Source of the DNA: Eledone cirrhosa
Lineage: Eukaryota
Assembly (NCBI GenBank): GCA_964016885.1
Contig: OZ024740.1
Location: forward strand, 70,804,001-70,868,000
Direction of reading: 5' to 3'
DNA length: 64,000 nucleotides
Shown here one piece after another: positions 1 through 14,169 of the stretch. Position 1 is the first letter of the stretch, and each line of letters starts with the position of its first letter. The position numbers and the translations under genes are program-made. The notes below the pieces were generated by a model. It saw only the letters and a program-made list of their open reading frames with translations. It ran no database searches and was not told the DNA's origin.

Positions 1-219
1 TGATATAGAGAGAGGTATTGGAAGAGAGTGTTGAATGGTTAATGTAGAGAGGGGAGAGTTTGGTGGTAATTGATATATAGAGGGGTATTGGGGGTGAGAG
101 TATCGTATAGTAGATATAGAGAGCTGTAGATTTCAATGCTTTTAGATATAATAAGATGGTTGGGAGAGATAAATATTGCTAAATATATAGAGGGGATCGG
201 AAGAGACAGTATCGTAAAG

Positions 220-2295
220 CAGTGGTCGCCAACCTTTCTAAAACCGAGGAACCCTCTAAATATTTTGAATTCTTCACGGAACCTATACAATACAAAACTT
301 TTCAACAAAAAATAATAAAGTATTTATTTATTTTAGTGTTTCATGCGTGTGTATGTAATCGAACACAATTAACTAGTGGCTTTTCTGCTGCTGCGCCTCA
401 TCAGTGAGTTTAGAAAATCGAGGTTCAACACTAGTTAATGCCAGTCTCATACACTCGTCAATTGCTGACAGTTTATTCATCTTCTTTGTGCAGATTTCTA
501 CCAACTGCGAAAACCCTTCGCACAAGTAGCTAGATGGGAATAAAGTCAAATATTTCAATGCAAGTTGGCTGATTTCATTAAACTACCCAATCAAGAATAA
601 GTCGATCCATAGTTCTTTCTTTCTGCTTTCGAATATCACTTTTAGGTCTTCGTTTGAATTCAAATCCATCAACTGATGTAAGCATTGTGCAGGTAGTAAA
701 TTTTTACAATTTCCAGCGTCATTTTCTGACACTAATTGCTCGATCTCGGTGAATGGGTTTTTTATCCATAAATTTCCGCTAACTATATCTTTTTCCATCA
801 AGTCAAAATAATCTGAAAAACTTGTGGAAAGCACATTTAAATGAGAGAGAATAATCTTCTTTAGATTGCTGGAGTCAAAATTTTCTCTCTTTTTAAACTC
901 TATTTCAAGGTTTGAAAGTAATGAGTAATTGTCCGATTCAATTCTTTATATAAAGATGTTTAATTTTGATTGAAAATATGTAATAAAATTGATTGAAGTA
1001 AAAATATCTGCATTGTTACCCTGAAGACACTTATTTAGTTTGTTCAGTTCACCAAAAATGTCTACTAAATAAGCGAGTTGCACATTCCATTCATTGGTTT
1101 CTAATACACTTGCTCTTTCATCATTCTATTTTTTTAGAAAAACTATTATTTCTTCTCTCAGTTCAAAAACTCTCTTCATAGCATCCCCAAAAGACAGCCA
1201 ACGCACATCATTGTTCAATAACAATCTATTATAATTACTTCCAGAAGATTCACAAATAGATTCAAACATTCTAGAATTTTTTGCTCTTGCATGGATCAAA
1301 TTGATAATGTTGACAATGTCTTTCAGCTGGTCATTTAATATTTGAGCATCTCTGTCTTTGAATTTTTTTGAACACAAAACCTCTCAATGAATCATACAAT
1401 GATTTGAAATACAATTGGGGTCTGTTCTTTAATTTTTGCAATCAAACCAGAATTTTTACCAGTCATTACAGCTGCTCCATCTGTTATTGAAGTCAACTTG
1501 CTCCAAGATACACCACTTTTTTTTAAATACTCTTCAATTTTATTGAATATATCTTGACCTTTAGTTGTGATGTCTACATAATTGTGTGGCAAAGTTTATA
1601 GTGTATGCATGGAATACAAAATTACCTTTGTTAGTAGTCGAAACTTTACAGGCGTTATATTTTCTGTGCAAGTACAACAGAATGTAACGTGTTCTTATTT
1701 AGAATTGTCTGTAGAACTGGATGCATGTTGAAAACGACTAATAAGCGAGTTCACTATGTGAGGAAACTTTAGGCGACTTTTGTGAGGACAGCAGATTAAA
1801 ACGTGTTCTCTATTGAAAACATTCTACTGAACTTACGTTGTGAGAACAGCGAACTGACCCTGTCTCTCGGCTGAAAGACCTCGCTGAACTGAAGTTTTCA
1901 GTTTAAAGTTATGCTGTTATCGACCAACATTTACTTGTTCGTGATTGGTTAATTTCTAAGTTCAATTAGTGTATTATCAGTAGTAGTCAAATTCTCAGAA
2001 TTCAGAAAACTTTGTCTTTCCAAGAATAGATGTGAAATTGAAAGTATTCAATTTTAACGAATCTCAGAACAGTGTTTTTCTGCTAATTCAAGTGAGAAAC
2101 TGAAAGTAGTGTTTTCCACGAATTGGAGTAGAGAACCTGTGTACACTACAATAGTACTTGTTCATTTATACATTGCACCTTTGGCATTTTCTTTGCACCT
2201 TTTTCAGAAAACCCAAAATATTTATTTTTTTAAGGAACCCGGAGTTTGTTTTACGGAACCCCAAGGTTCCGCGGAACCCATGTTGGCGACCACTG
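220..2295 (-). mobile_element. hAT DNA transposon (Buster/Charlie type), internally deleted
   Basis: TIRs CAGTGGTCGCCAAC (220) / GTTGGCGACCACTG (2282-2295); perfect 8-bp TSD TCGTAAAG (212-219, 2296-2303) with central TA; subterminal GGAACC motifs at both ends. Confidence 0.93.
373..1592 (-). pseudogene. Degraded hAT (Buster-type) transposase, catalytic core to C-terminal dimerisation region
   Basis: Frameshifted fragments with typical motifs: ITDGAAVMTGKNSG, DVRWLS, WIKNPF, FPSSYLCEGFS. Confidence 0.9.
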
Positions 2296-2819
2296 TCGTA
2301 AAGGATATAGAAAGGGAGTTTGTGATGGCTAGAGAAAGAACGATTACGAGAACGATTACGAGAGAGTGTGGTAGAGATGGCGAGGGGGAGAGTTTGGAGA
2401 TGATTGATATAAAGAGATAAATTGTGAGTGTTTTGTATGTTAGATATAGAAATGGGGAGAATTTGGGGGTTGTAGATAGGATAGAGAAAGGGTTTCAAAT
2501 AATGAGGCGGGGACTTGGAAAATCGGTAATTGTATAGTATGGCCTTTCCTGTAATGTTTTTTTTTTTATCGTATATAATGTTGTTGTTTTTTTAATGTAA
2601 AATAAAATAATTAGACCTGGGAGTACGTGAACTATTGACGGGCGTAAGAAAGAAAACTCTATACCGAAGTAGAGTTTAAATATTCATTTATTATGGCTAT
2701 GTGATGAGCCTTGTTATTCTGCGTACTTACAGGATCATCAGACATGACTGGTGATCCTGTAATTTCACAGGTGAGACTTTAGAGTAACACAACTCACCAA
2801 TTGGCAAAATAAATCAATG

Positions 2820-2854
<35 letters not shown>

Positions 2855-2900
2855 ACATACATATACATATATATACATGTGTACATATTAATACACACAT

Positions 2901-2971
<71 letters not shown>

Positions 2972-3543
2972 TAAAAGGAAAAGAAAATGCTGACAAATTT
3001 TTCCCAGTGAAAAATAGTTTAATTAGGAATAAGTAAAAATTAGTAATAAGTATTGGTTAGTATTCAGTTTTAGTTTTAAGTTTTTACCGGCTGCGCATTT
3101 CTAATGCTTTTCAAAAATAATTTTGAGATAGAGTGCCCGTGATGTTTGCTCTAATCTGATCAGTTTTGGAAATTCTACCTGTTTTATGTGAAAAAAGTGG
3201 CTCCAGAGGTATTAAGATTTGGTTGGTTGTTGAATGTCACGTGAATGAGTACTATAAGTTTCGCGCCAATTCGTGTTGCAAAAATTCTTGTAGTCAAAAT
3301 AATTTTGATTAGTCGGTAGAGGTCACGTGAATGTTAAAAATTGATTTTGCGCCAAATGTAGGTTTATGGAAGAGTGTCCTTTTTCGCCTGATTGAGAAGT
3401 CACTGAAAAATAAGTCTTTTAAGACAAATATGTGTGTGTGTGTGTAGTAAAGAGGTTCATTGTTGTGATAATGGTCAGTAGGGATGTGTGTGTGAATTGC
3501 AGTCATGTTGAAAGGTCAACAGTTCAGGTATCTATTAAGACAA

Positions 3544-3627
<84 letters not shown>

Positions 3628-3736
3628 CAGAGTGGTTCGTGGTAGAGGGATTCGGTCAGTAGGAATGTGTCTGTACGTGTGTGGGGGATATTTTAACATG
3701 TTGAAAGATATTTTTCAGCTCTTGTCTTATACGGAG

Positions 3737-3783
<47 letters not shown>

Positions 3784-5134
3784 TGTTTGTATGTTAGTGT
3801 ACGCGTGTGTATATGTGTGTGTGTGTATATGTGTGTATGTGTGTGTGTGTGTGTGTGGACCAGTATTTTTGTGATACTAGTAAAAATGGTGTACATTATT
3901 CGATATTTTCAGTAATTTGCAAAAACGATTCTCTCAAAAGAACATCAAAAACATTAATAATAAAAGGGGTGAAATGATGTATAGTATTTTCATAACACCA
4001 AGGTGTGTGTGAGTGTCCAGATTGTACGTACTGCAAGGGGAATCCAATATATATTACTATCAAAAATATAGATGTCATGTTTGAGAAAATTTCAAACATG
4101 CGCCATACCACCTGTAGGAGCTCAAAGAATAAATCTGAACATTTATTATAAAATTAAAAGATCGATTGACATATATATAAATAAATATATCAAACATCAA
4201 ACATTAACAGGAGATAATTTGTAAAGAATGATGAACACATAGTTATAAAAGGTAGCATATTAATATTTAGTAGAGGAGGAAAATGAGTGGGTGCCCATCG
4301 TATACGTGTATGTGCGCGTTCGCGTCATATTAGTGAGGAGATATGGCCTATACTGACTTAAATAGTGTATAATAAACCGTACATGAGGGTGGAAACTGCT
4401 GATATCATTTATTTTTTTCTATTGTTTAATCAACAGAGAGGAAAGCAATGACCATGGTCTTCGCAGGCCATCAGAACCCTACCTTAAACATTAGTCTATA
4501 CATAGCAAAAGAAAATAGTTAGCTTATTTTGTCAAGTTGGGGGTGAAGTGGAGGAATTATTGACTGCAATAAAGTTTACATCTAAATATGAGTTCGTGTT
4601 GTATTAAATGTTTATCTTTTGTCCTTAAACTAGTTGAAAAACAATGCTGAGTTTATTGGCTGAAAGGAAAAACTAAAAGTAGCTGGTCGTCGAATTGAAC
4701 CAATAAATCAATATTTCTACTAGTTTTCCCATTGTTGATACTATCTACTGGTCGCAAGTCCGGACAAAATGAGCAATAGGTCTCCCAATCAATGAATCAA
4801 ATCTTATGAGCTTACGTACCCATTAGGCCACGTGCTATTGGACAATATATTAGAGCAGAGGGTCCTCAAAGTGGGCGCTACTGCTCCCGGGGGGGGGGGG
4901 CATTGAGAAGGTCGGGGGGGGCTAAGAGGGTAGTGGGGGCTGTAGATGATATAATAGTATATTAAATATCAAATGATACATATATATAAATATAGTAAAA
5001 TAAAAAATGTACACTATTTATTTATACATAGTATATATATATTATATATAAATATAGTAAAATAAAAAATGTACAATATTTATTTATACATAGTATATAT
5101 TATATTATTTATTATATATGAATATAGTAAAAGA

Positions 5135-5361
5135 TGAAGGCATGTGGCTGATTGTTTAGAAAACTGGATTTGCAATAGTGAGGTTGTGAGCTCGATTCCT
5201 GGACCGGGCGATGCGTGATGTCCTTGAGCAAGACACTTTATTTCACGTTGCTCCTTCTACCTGGAGTTGCGACTGATAGATAGTATTAGCAGCTGGAAAG
5301 ACCGACGAAACATTGTTTCCTCGGTCCGATTTGACGAAAGTCGATCGATCTTTTTTTTCTT
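5135..5361 (+). mobile_element. tRNA-derived SINE, second family (CORE/V-like TGTCCTTGAGCAAGACACTT domain)
   Basis: A/B-box-like head (GTGGCTGATTG...GCTCGATTCC), central motif, flanking direct repeat TATAGTAAAA (about 5123 and 5362); related copy at about 49830-49935. Confidence 0.65.
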
Positions 5362-5449
5362 TATAGTAAAATAGAAAATATATAATATTTATTTATTTAT
5401 ACATAGTATATATTATATTATTTATTATATATTATATTTATTATATAAA

Positions 5450-5617
5450 GGTGGATTGGCAGTATCGGTAGAGGGTCAGACGCCATGCTTTGCTGCACAG
5501 TTTACGAACTGAGTTCAAATCCCGCCGAGGTTAACTTTGCCTTTCATCCTTACAAGGTCGATAAAATAAAGTACCAGTAATGTAATTGCTGGCCTTGTGC
5601 CAAAAGTAGAAACAATT
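5450..5617 (+). mobile_element. tRNA-derived SINE, family A
   Basis: A box TGGCAGTATCGG, B box GAGTTCAAATCC, central GCCTTTCATCC...GTCGATAAAATAAAGTACCAG, 3' GCTGGCCTTGTGCCAAAAGTAGAAACAATT; about 20 copies in window. Confidence 0.9.
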
Positions 5618-5789
5618 ATATTATTTATTATATATTATTTACAATTTGCGTGTAGACAGGTCTCTCTGGAAATAGGGGTGGGGTCGCTGAGAATATTATG
5701 TGACCGTAGGGGGCAATGGCCCAAAAGGTTTGAGAACCTCTGAGTATTCAGAAATGCTCTCTTTTTTTTAGTTGCAACAGTTGAATTCA

Positions 5790-6150
5790 CGGGTGCGAAG
5801 GAAAATGGCTTGGAATGAAGAGTCAAATCTTGTTAAGGGTGTCTTTCAAAGTTATGGGCATGGCAGCAGAGACGATGGAGACAGAAGAATCGGGTGTAAG
5901 TGACGACCCGTTTCCTTTAAGGGTCGGTTAGGAATAGGTGAAGTCGAGATGGGAGTGAGAATCAGTATGTTTAAAAGAGGTGGGGTTAGTGAGGCTGGAA
6001 GGTAGTCGATAGAGACAAAGATATGGAGAAGGTAAATAAAGATGTAGGAGATAATAGAAATAAATTCGAGAGAAGAGTGGTAAAAGATAACGAAAGAGGT
6101 GAATGTGGTGATTTGTTCGCGAGAAATGGAGGAAGAGAAGCTGATTAATT
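5790..6150 (-). pseudogene. Penelope-like retroelement RT thumb-region relic
   Basis: Translation FKHTDSHSHLDFTYS resembles the PLE motif YxKPTDSHSYLxFxSSHP; heavily degraded. Confidence 0.55.
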
Positions 6151-6251
6151 GTCAATAGAACGACTCTCTCTCTCTCTCTCCATATCTATCTATATATATA
6201 TCTTTCTCTCTCTCTCCCTTTTTCTTTCTCTCTCTCTCTATATATATATGG

Positions 6252-6328
<77 letters not shown>

Positions 6329-7119
6329 ACTCACTACATGCATACGCACGCACACACATATTTATACATATAAACACATATATGCGAGTGTGTGTGTGTG
6401 TGTGTGTGTGTGTTTGAATAATGTGCATGCTTGTCTGTCTATCTTTCTCTCTCTGAATAAGTGTGATCCTGTTTACGTGAATTCGAATGCTTATATATGT
6501 ATATCTTGCTACATACTGTGCCATTCGTGATTTTAGTAAACATTAGAAATATATTTGCTCCATTAGATAGCTCGCTTATTTGCTACGTTGACAAAGGTGT
6601 GCTTTATTCTTCTAGTTTCTGTTAGTAAAGTCGGGCTTGTTAAAACGATACTAAATGACTTTCTAAACACTTTTCATAATACTTTAACAGGAAATGATAA
6701 TTGGTTCTTGCTTGTAGAATAAGTGGTAGTATTGGTGGGTGGAGGACGAGGTGGTGGAGAGTGCGGGTGGTGGTTGTGTTGGTCGGGCCAGTGATGGTTG
6801 GGGAGGTGGTGGTGGCGGGTGTTAGTGGTTATTTTAGTTAAGGTGATGGTGATGGTGGTGGTATTTTTTGTGGCGATAGTGAAGACGGTGGCGGTTAAAG
6901 TAGTGGTAATGCTGATGATGCTGCTGCTGGCTATAACAAGTGTTCTTTTTTTTTTCAGTTAGTGTTAGAAGTGATCAGAAAGTAAACAACAAATCCAAAA
7001 CGAAATAGATAAAAGAACACTCTCACGTATATTCTACTGTGCATCTTTTGATGACTGGGCGTGTTTGTATATGATAGTTTCTAATTTAGGTACAATGATA
7101 GCGACTAAACCGTACTCGG

Positions 7120-7267
7120 CTGGTACGTTTTTGTTTTTTTTTATCGTCGGTCTCAGAAGCAGAAAAGGCAAAGTTGACATCAGCGGGATTTGAACTCAGT
7201 ATATATAGAGCTGTAATAAATACCGTAAAGTATTTTGTTCGACGTTCAATGATTCTGCCAACCACCA
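7120..7267 (-). mobile_element. Divergent SINE A-related copy
   Basis: AAGGCAAAGTTGACATCAGCGGGATTTGAACTCAG and head ending CTGCCAA. Confidence 0.65.
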
Positions 7268-7735
7268 CTTTACGTTATACGTATATATTGCAAATAATAT
7301 TGTATATTTGTTTGTTACTCTGGTGTTTGGTCTTAACGTTGAAAAATGGATTGGCCTGCTATTACAGTTTCCAGTCCAAATGACTTTCGCAGTGACCATA
7401 AAATAAATTTATGCTTCCAAACTGATCTATTTTCTCACGGAAAACTGTATGTTTGGGCGCAGGCGCGGCTATGTAGTTCGGGTAGTTGTTCCCAAACCGG
7501 GCACAGTGAGGTGTAATTATGTGTGCCAAGTTGAGAAGGTCATGATTGGAATACCTTCGATCACAGGACTGTTCGATTATGACTTACCTGTGACTAAACA
7601 ACAGCAATATATAAAAATACGCATTTATTATTTGAAGATAAATTTAGATTCGTTCAACATGTGAGATCTCTCATGAAAGTATTCAATTCAATATATGCCG
7701 TGATACCTTATAACAATTATTCACATACATAATGA

Positions 7736-7930
7736 TTTCTATAGTAGGCACAAGGCCAACAATTTAGTGGGAGGGGAAATTCGATTAAATCGACCTCAGT
7801 GCATTACTGGTACTTTATTTCATCGACCCTATAAGGATGAAAGGCAAAGCTAACCTCGGTGAGATTTGAACTCAGAACGTAAAGGACTGTAGCTCTATGC
7901 TACCAAGCATGCTGTCCAACGCTCTACCAA
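7736..7930 (-). mobile_element. SINE family A (long variant)
   Basis: Reverse complement of the SINE A consensus with the extra GTCGAT...TCGA/CCCC segment. Confidence 0.85.
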
Positions 7931-8513
7931 TATGTTGTTTCATTCTTGATCTTATCAAGTGCATTGGTGGTGTAAGTGAAATAAATGAAACTGTGTCGCA
8001 CCTTTCACAAGAGTGGTTCACAAAGTTTTCACTTCTAAAGCTACTTTTTACTTAAATGAATTTGTCCCGTGGAACTCCGTTACAAGTATTCCCCTCTTAG
8101 ATGTATATGCTGCGGCAATAACAATCAACAGACAAATTTGTTTGCTTGAAGAAGAATAGATAGCCAATATCTTTAAAAAAGTACTTGAAATGTTGAATCT
8201 GGCTCGCAGACCTCAGACTGGAGACACGAGAGATTCAATAGCAATGAGTCTGACGAAATATAAACCTTTTACATGGGTGGTTCAAATATCTCATATGTGT
8301 GTAGGAATATGCAGGAGAGGAAATAAAAATGATTGTCTCTCTCTCTGTCTGTCTGTCTCCATTTGTTTCTTCCTTTCTCTCTTTGACTCTCTTCTTCTCA
8401 TTGTCTCATCTTCCTCTCTTTCTTCCGCTCTTTTTCCGGAAGGGTATTGGGTACATCGCTACATCAGTAACAACTGTCAATACATCTATTGTCTAACTGT
8501 GATCCATATGTAA

Positions 8514-9012
<499 letters not shown>

Positions 9013-9341
9013 GAGGGGGTAGGGGGGCTGTGTGTATCTGTGTCTCTGTCTGTGTGTCAGAGTACAAGTGTTTATATTCACAGTATTGGAAGAAACGCAA
9101 TAGATGCAATAGTATTGAATTATGTTTGGAATAAATTGCTAGACAGGATGCCAAGCGAGAGTAATCAAATTCTAATAATTTAATCATAACATTTCGATAT
9201 GTTTACTTACAATATTAAAGATGGTGCTTTGGCAATTCCAATGTTCATTTCCTGCGAATGAATACACATATAACATCTAATTATCTATTTATTTCTCTCT
9301 CTCTCTATATATATATATATATGTATCTATCTATCTATTCC

Positions 9342-9424
<83 letters not shown>

Positions 9425-10199
9425 CTATCTCTCTATCTATCTATCTATCTCTCACTCACTCTCGTTTTTTTCACTTCACACTCTCTCCTCTCTTTCTATT
9501 CCTCTCACACTCTCGCTTTTTTACTCCCCCCCCCCCCTCTCTCTCTCTCGTTAAAGATTAGTGGAAAATAACATCTATACCGAATTAAAGAGAAATCTGC
9601 AATTAGTTACTCCACCCAGATGACAGCCTTGGGTTCTTTACCTGTAATTATACCTGCATCAATCCGAATCATGAGAAGCTGGGTTTCATAAACACTAGAA
9701 AAAAACATAAATATCTAAATAATAGTTACAGTCATTTAATAGAACTGTGAAAATGTGTAAAACATTCCAGACATCTAGCATATTATATGTGCATATAAAT
9801 ATGTGTAGAAATGCAAATATATATATGTGTACACATACTTTGACATCTATACTTGCACACATACATGCGTGCACGTGCATGTATGTGTGCTGGACCTCCA
9901 TTTGTTCCGACGATGTGTTTTACAGTCGGTTCGTGAAAATAGCGTGTAAATAGCTAAGCATTTCACAGATATATGTATCTTTAAAGTAGTTCTCAGGAAA
10001 ATTCCGCATGACACAGTGTGTAACAGAGCTGGCCCATAGAATTTTACCATCTGAGTGGAATGGAGAAATGAGTAATAAAGTTTCTTGCTTAAGAATACAA
10101 CGTGCCGCTGGGAATCGAAATCATTACCTTACGATTATGAACCGAACATCAGTAAGCCACACGTTTTCACACGCATGTATACATACGTATGCTCTTACA

Positions 10200-10721
<522 letters not shown>

Positions 10722-10944
10722 CAAAATGTTAATAAATGAAAAATATTCTCATAATCAAAATATATATTTTATTAAACATATTTCAAAGGTACTATGGTGT
10801 TTAAGTACGTTTTCATTTATTAACATTTTGAATAATATTAAAAACTCCAGAAAAATCCTTTGTTGAGTGCTTCTAAGTGCTTCTAATCTATTGTAATATT
10901 GTATTCGTTGAGTAATCAACGAACCATATTAATCTTTGGTTATG

Positions 10945-11450
<506 letters not shown>

Positions 11451-11452
<2 letters not shown>

Positions 11453-11633
11453 CGAAGGAAATGTGGTAAGGAACCAGGTAGACCATAACGCACCAAAGTA
11501 CTCAATACTTAGGGTAGTAGAGTGGGTATAGGAACGAGTAGGACCCCGACGGCTGAGCTCAAGCCGTTTCAACGGTACCTTATTAGCCGTCGAAAGGGCT
11601 TGAGCTCAGCCATCGGGGTCCTACTCGTTCCTA
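11451..11633 (-). mobile_element. Second copy of palindromic module A (opposite orientation)
   Basis: Tail 11451-11527 and arms about 11528-11576 / 11583-11633 homologous to 10491-10692. Confidence 0.75.
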
Positions 11634-11636
11634 AAC

Positions 11637-11704
<68 letters not shown>

Positions 11705-11723
11705 GTTTGTATATATATATATA

Positions 11724-12135
11724 TATAAATGTTTGTATATGTATAATAAAGCCAAAACAATGCAGGTATGGACATAGAATAAAGAATGCAAATGCAAAAG
11801 ATATTGTTGACAATTAGTCTTTTACCTTAGATTTATTTAAATGTCCTTAATTTTCGAGATAATATCTCTTCTTCGGAGGGAAGTAAAGCGGTTAAACCAG
11901 TGTTCAAGCTATTTAGAACACTGGTTTAACCGCTTTACTTCCCTCCGAAGAAGAGATATTATCTCGAAAATTAAGGACATTTAAATAAATCTAAGGTAAA
12001 AGACTAATTGTCAACAATATATTTTGCATTTGCATTCTTTATTCTATGTCCATACCTGCATTGTTTTGGCTTTATTATACATATACAAACATTTATACCT
12101 CATTACACAATGCTTCAAGTGAACTATAACTTCCT

Positions 12136-12137
<2 letters not shown>
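11724..12137 (+). mobile_element. Palindromic module (182-bp arms 11724-11905 / 11916-12097) plus tail, with hammerhead-like core
   Basis: Inverted arms with about one visible mismatch; CCT-CCGAAGA-AGAGAT/ATCTC-GAAA-ATTA-AGG at 11942-11976. Confidence 0.7.
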
Positions 12138-12213
<76 letters not shown>

Positions 12214-12463
12214 TTGTTATACTTGGGGAGGGTCATATTGTTGTAATAATATTGCCAGAAATAATAACAGAACACACTCACTATTTGGTTGCAATATATA
12301 TATATATCAAGTAGGAATATTTTCGAAACAGCAAGCGGGTTTGAAATTAGAAATACGTTAATACTGATCTTTTTCCATTTCTCCGAGGGTTCTTAACCCC
12401 AATATCAGGCTAAATAATTTCTTTAATTTCTTTAGTCAAAATACGGCGATAGCTTATATTTCT

Positions 12464-12512
<49 letters not shown>

Positions 12513-12516
<4 letters not shown>

Positions 12517-12730
12517 AAGGTAAACAGAAATAACAACACAATCGGTACAGTATATGGAAGGGATATATTAGGTTAATGCTTGATATAGCAGGAAGAGGGT
12601 TTTAACGTTTCGGACGCTAGTCCTTCATCAGAAGAAAGAATGAGAAATAAGATAGATAGAGGGGACGGGCGGGATGGTATTGGAAAAAATGTCTTTAGAT
12701 AAAAATAACAGGTCCATTCATGTTGACATC
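12513..12730 (-). mobile_element. Penelope-like 3' module (family H1) with hammerhead motif
   Basis: Homologous to 40143-40365 (+) and 50725-50860 (-); ends in (CA)n/(TA)n. Confidence 0.7.
12600..12636 (-). ncRNA. Minimal type I hammerhead ribozyme motif
   Basis: Minus strand reads CTT-CTGATGA-A-GGAC-TAGC-GTCC-GAAAC-GTTA: conserved core with 4-bp stem II. Confidence 0.7.
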
Positions 12731-13133
12731 TCTTGTTGAATCAATTTTTTTTCTATTCCCAGTTTGTATTTACCGTAATTCCTTTTATTGATTAACTAAT
12801 TATGCAATCCGTACTTAATGAGGTCGCCAGGGTTTTACGTAACCAGGCCATTGAAATATCTATAGTGTTTTGGGGAACAATAAACTTTAAAGGAATATCA
12901 CCAGTCCGGCCTTCTGTTGTTTTAATTAAATTTATTATTTATATACATATAAATAACTATTTATAACTATTTTCTAAATCACCTGACTTTGTTTGAATTC
13001 ATGAATAATCTTCAGAAAGGAAACCAAATTCAACCTCCAGGGGTCATCTTTATTATTATTCTTATAACAGGCTAAATGAGTTGGGGTACAGAATCCAACG
13101 AATAAGTACATATATATATCACTATTGTAACTA

Positions 13134-13167
<34 letters not shown>

Positions 13168-13171
<4 letters not shown>

Positions 13172-13299
13172 TATCCCGGGTTCAATCGGGAGTGACCACA
13201 GTAAGTAAGGTACTCAATACATAGCAGAGTATAAATATTTAATATAGAAATGGCTTCCAGAATGAACCAGTTCTAGTCCTGTAGAAGCCATTTCTATAT

Positions 13300-13306
<7 letters not shown>
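13168..13306 (-). mobile_element. Small palindromic module (23-bp arms 13235-13257 / 13284-13306) plus tail, inside (TA)n
   Basis: Perfect inverted arms; tail shares GTATTGAGTAC with the module A tail. Confidence 0.6.
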
Positions 13307-13378
<72 letters not shown>

Positions 13379-13457
13379 CTCTTTTACTCTTTTACCTGTC
13401 ACACCCATCCGGCTGAGGCCATGCTGGGGCACCATATATATATATGAATGTATGAAT

Positions 13458-13722
13458 AGTATATTTGGCAATATACCGTATGTTTGATTAAACACATTTA
13501 GAAAACCATACCTATCGGTTATAAAGTAGTGACTATATCACTTACTTCTTTCCGTCGAAAGAAGGAAGAGAAGCTAACAGTCTGTTTCACGCTGTTTGGC
13601 GATCATCAGAGCCAAGCACCCTCTGCTTCCACCGAAAATTATAGAAGCTGGATTCTTATAGAATTCTAGTAATAATCAGGAGCTGATTATACAGAGCGAT
13701 TGCCGTTCCAGCAAAAATTAGG
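13458..13722 (-). mobile_element. Penelope-like module B with hammerhead motif
   Basis: Homologous to 58204-58375 and 58546-58715; between TA-rich tracts. Confidence 0.65.
13572..13612 (-). ncRNA. Hammerhead ribozyme motif
   Basis: Minus strand GGCT-CTGATGA-T-CGC-CAAACA-GCG-T-GAAA-CAGACTG-TT-AGC; stems I, II and III can be drawn. Confidence 0.65.
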
Positions 13723-13831
<109 letters not shown>

Positions 13832-14169
13832 ATTGTTGTAGTTTAAATCATATCGGTACAGCCTGTATGATGCGATGCGTTACATAAAATGTATACATTT
13901 CGTCCTTTACTGTTCAGTAGATGTTGTCTGAATAATATGATGTGCACTCAAGGTTTTGGGGAACTGGTCTTATACTTCAGCCTCCATTCCTCCGTTTAAC
14001 CCTTATAATACCAAATTGCCTGAAACTAACCTGAATATATGATACAAAACTGCTCATTTTAAAAGGCTTTTGTTCATAATTTTATTTCAGAAATTTCGGG
14101 GTTTCCTCATCAAAGTTCTATGGCTCTAATACTGATTTGGATGGAGGCTGGAAACTCCACTATTAAGGT

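Larger units (their letters stand above)
4856..5742. mobile_element. Non-autonomous hAT-type element (MITE) containing two nested SINEs and AT-rich internal duplications
   Basis: Imperfect TIRs CAGAGGGTCCTCAAA / TTTGAGAACCTCTG; no clear TSD. Confidence 0.6.

Noticed and set aside
3040-3540. Possible LINE ORF1 or gag relic on the minus strand
   Set aside because: Sequence looks coding-derived but no motif could be identified with confidence
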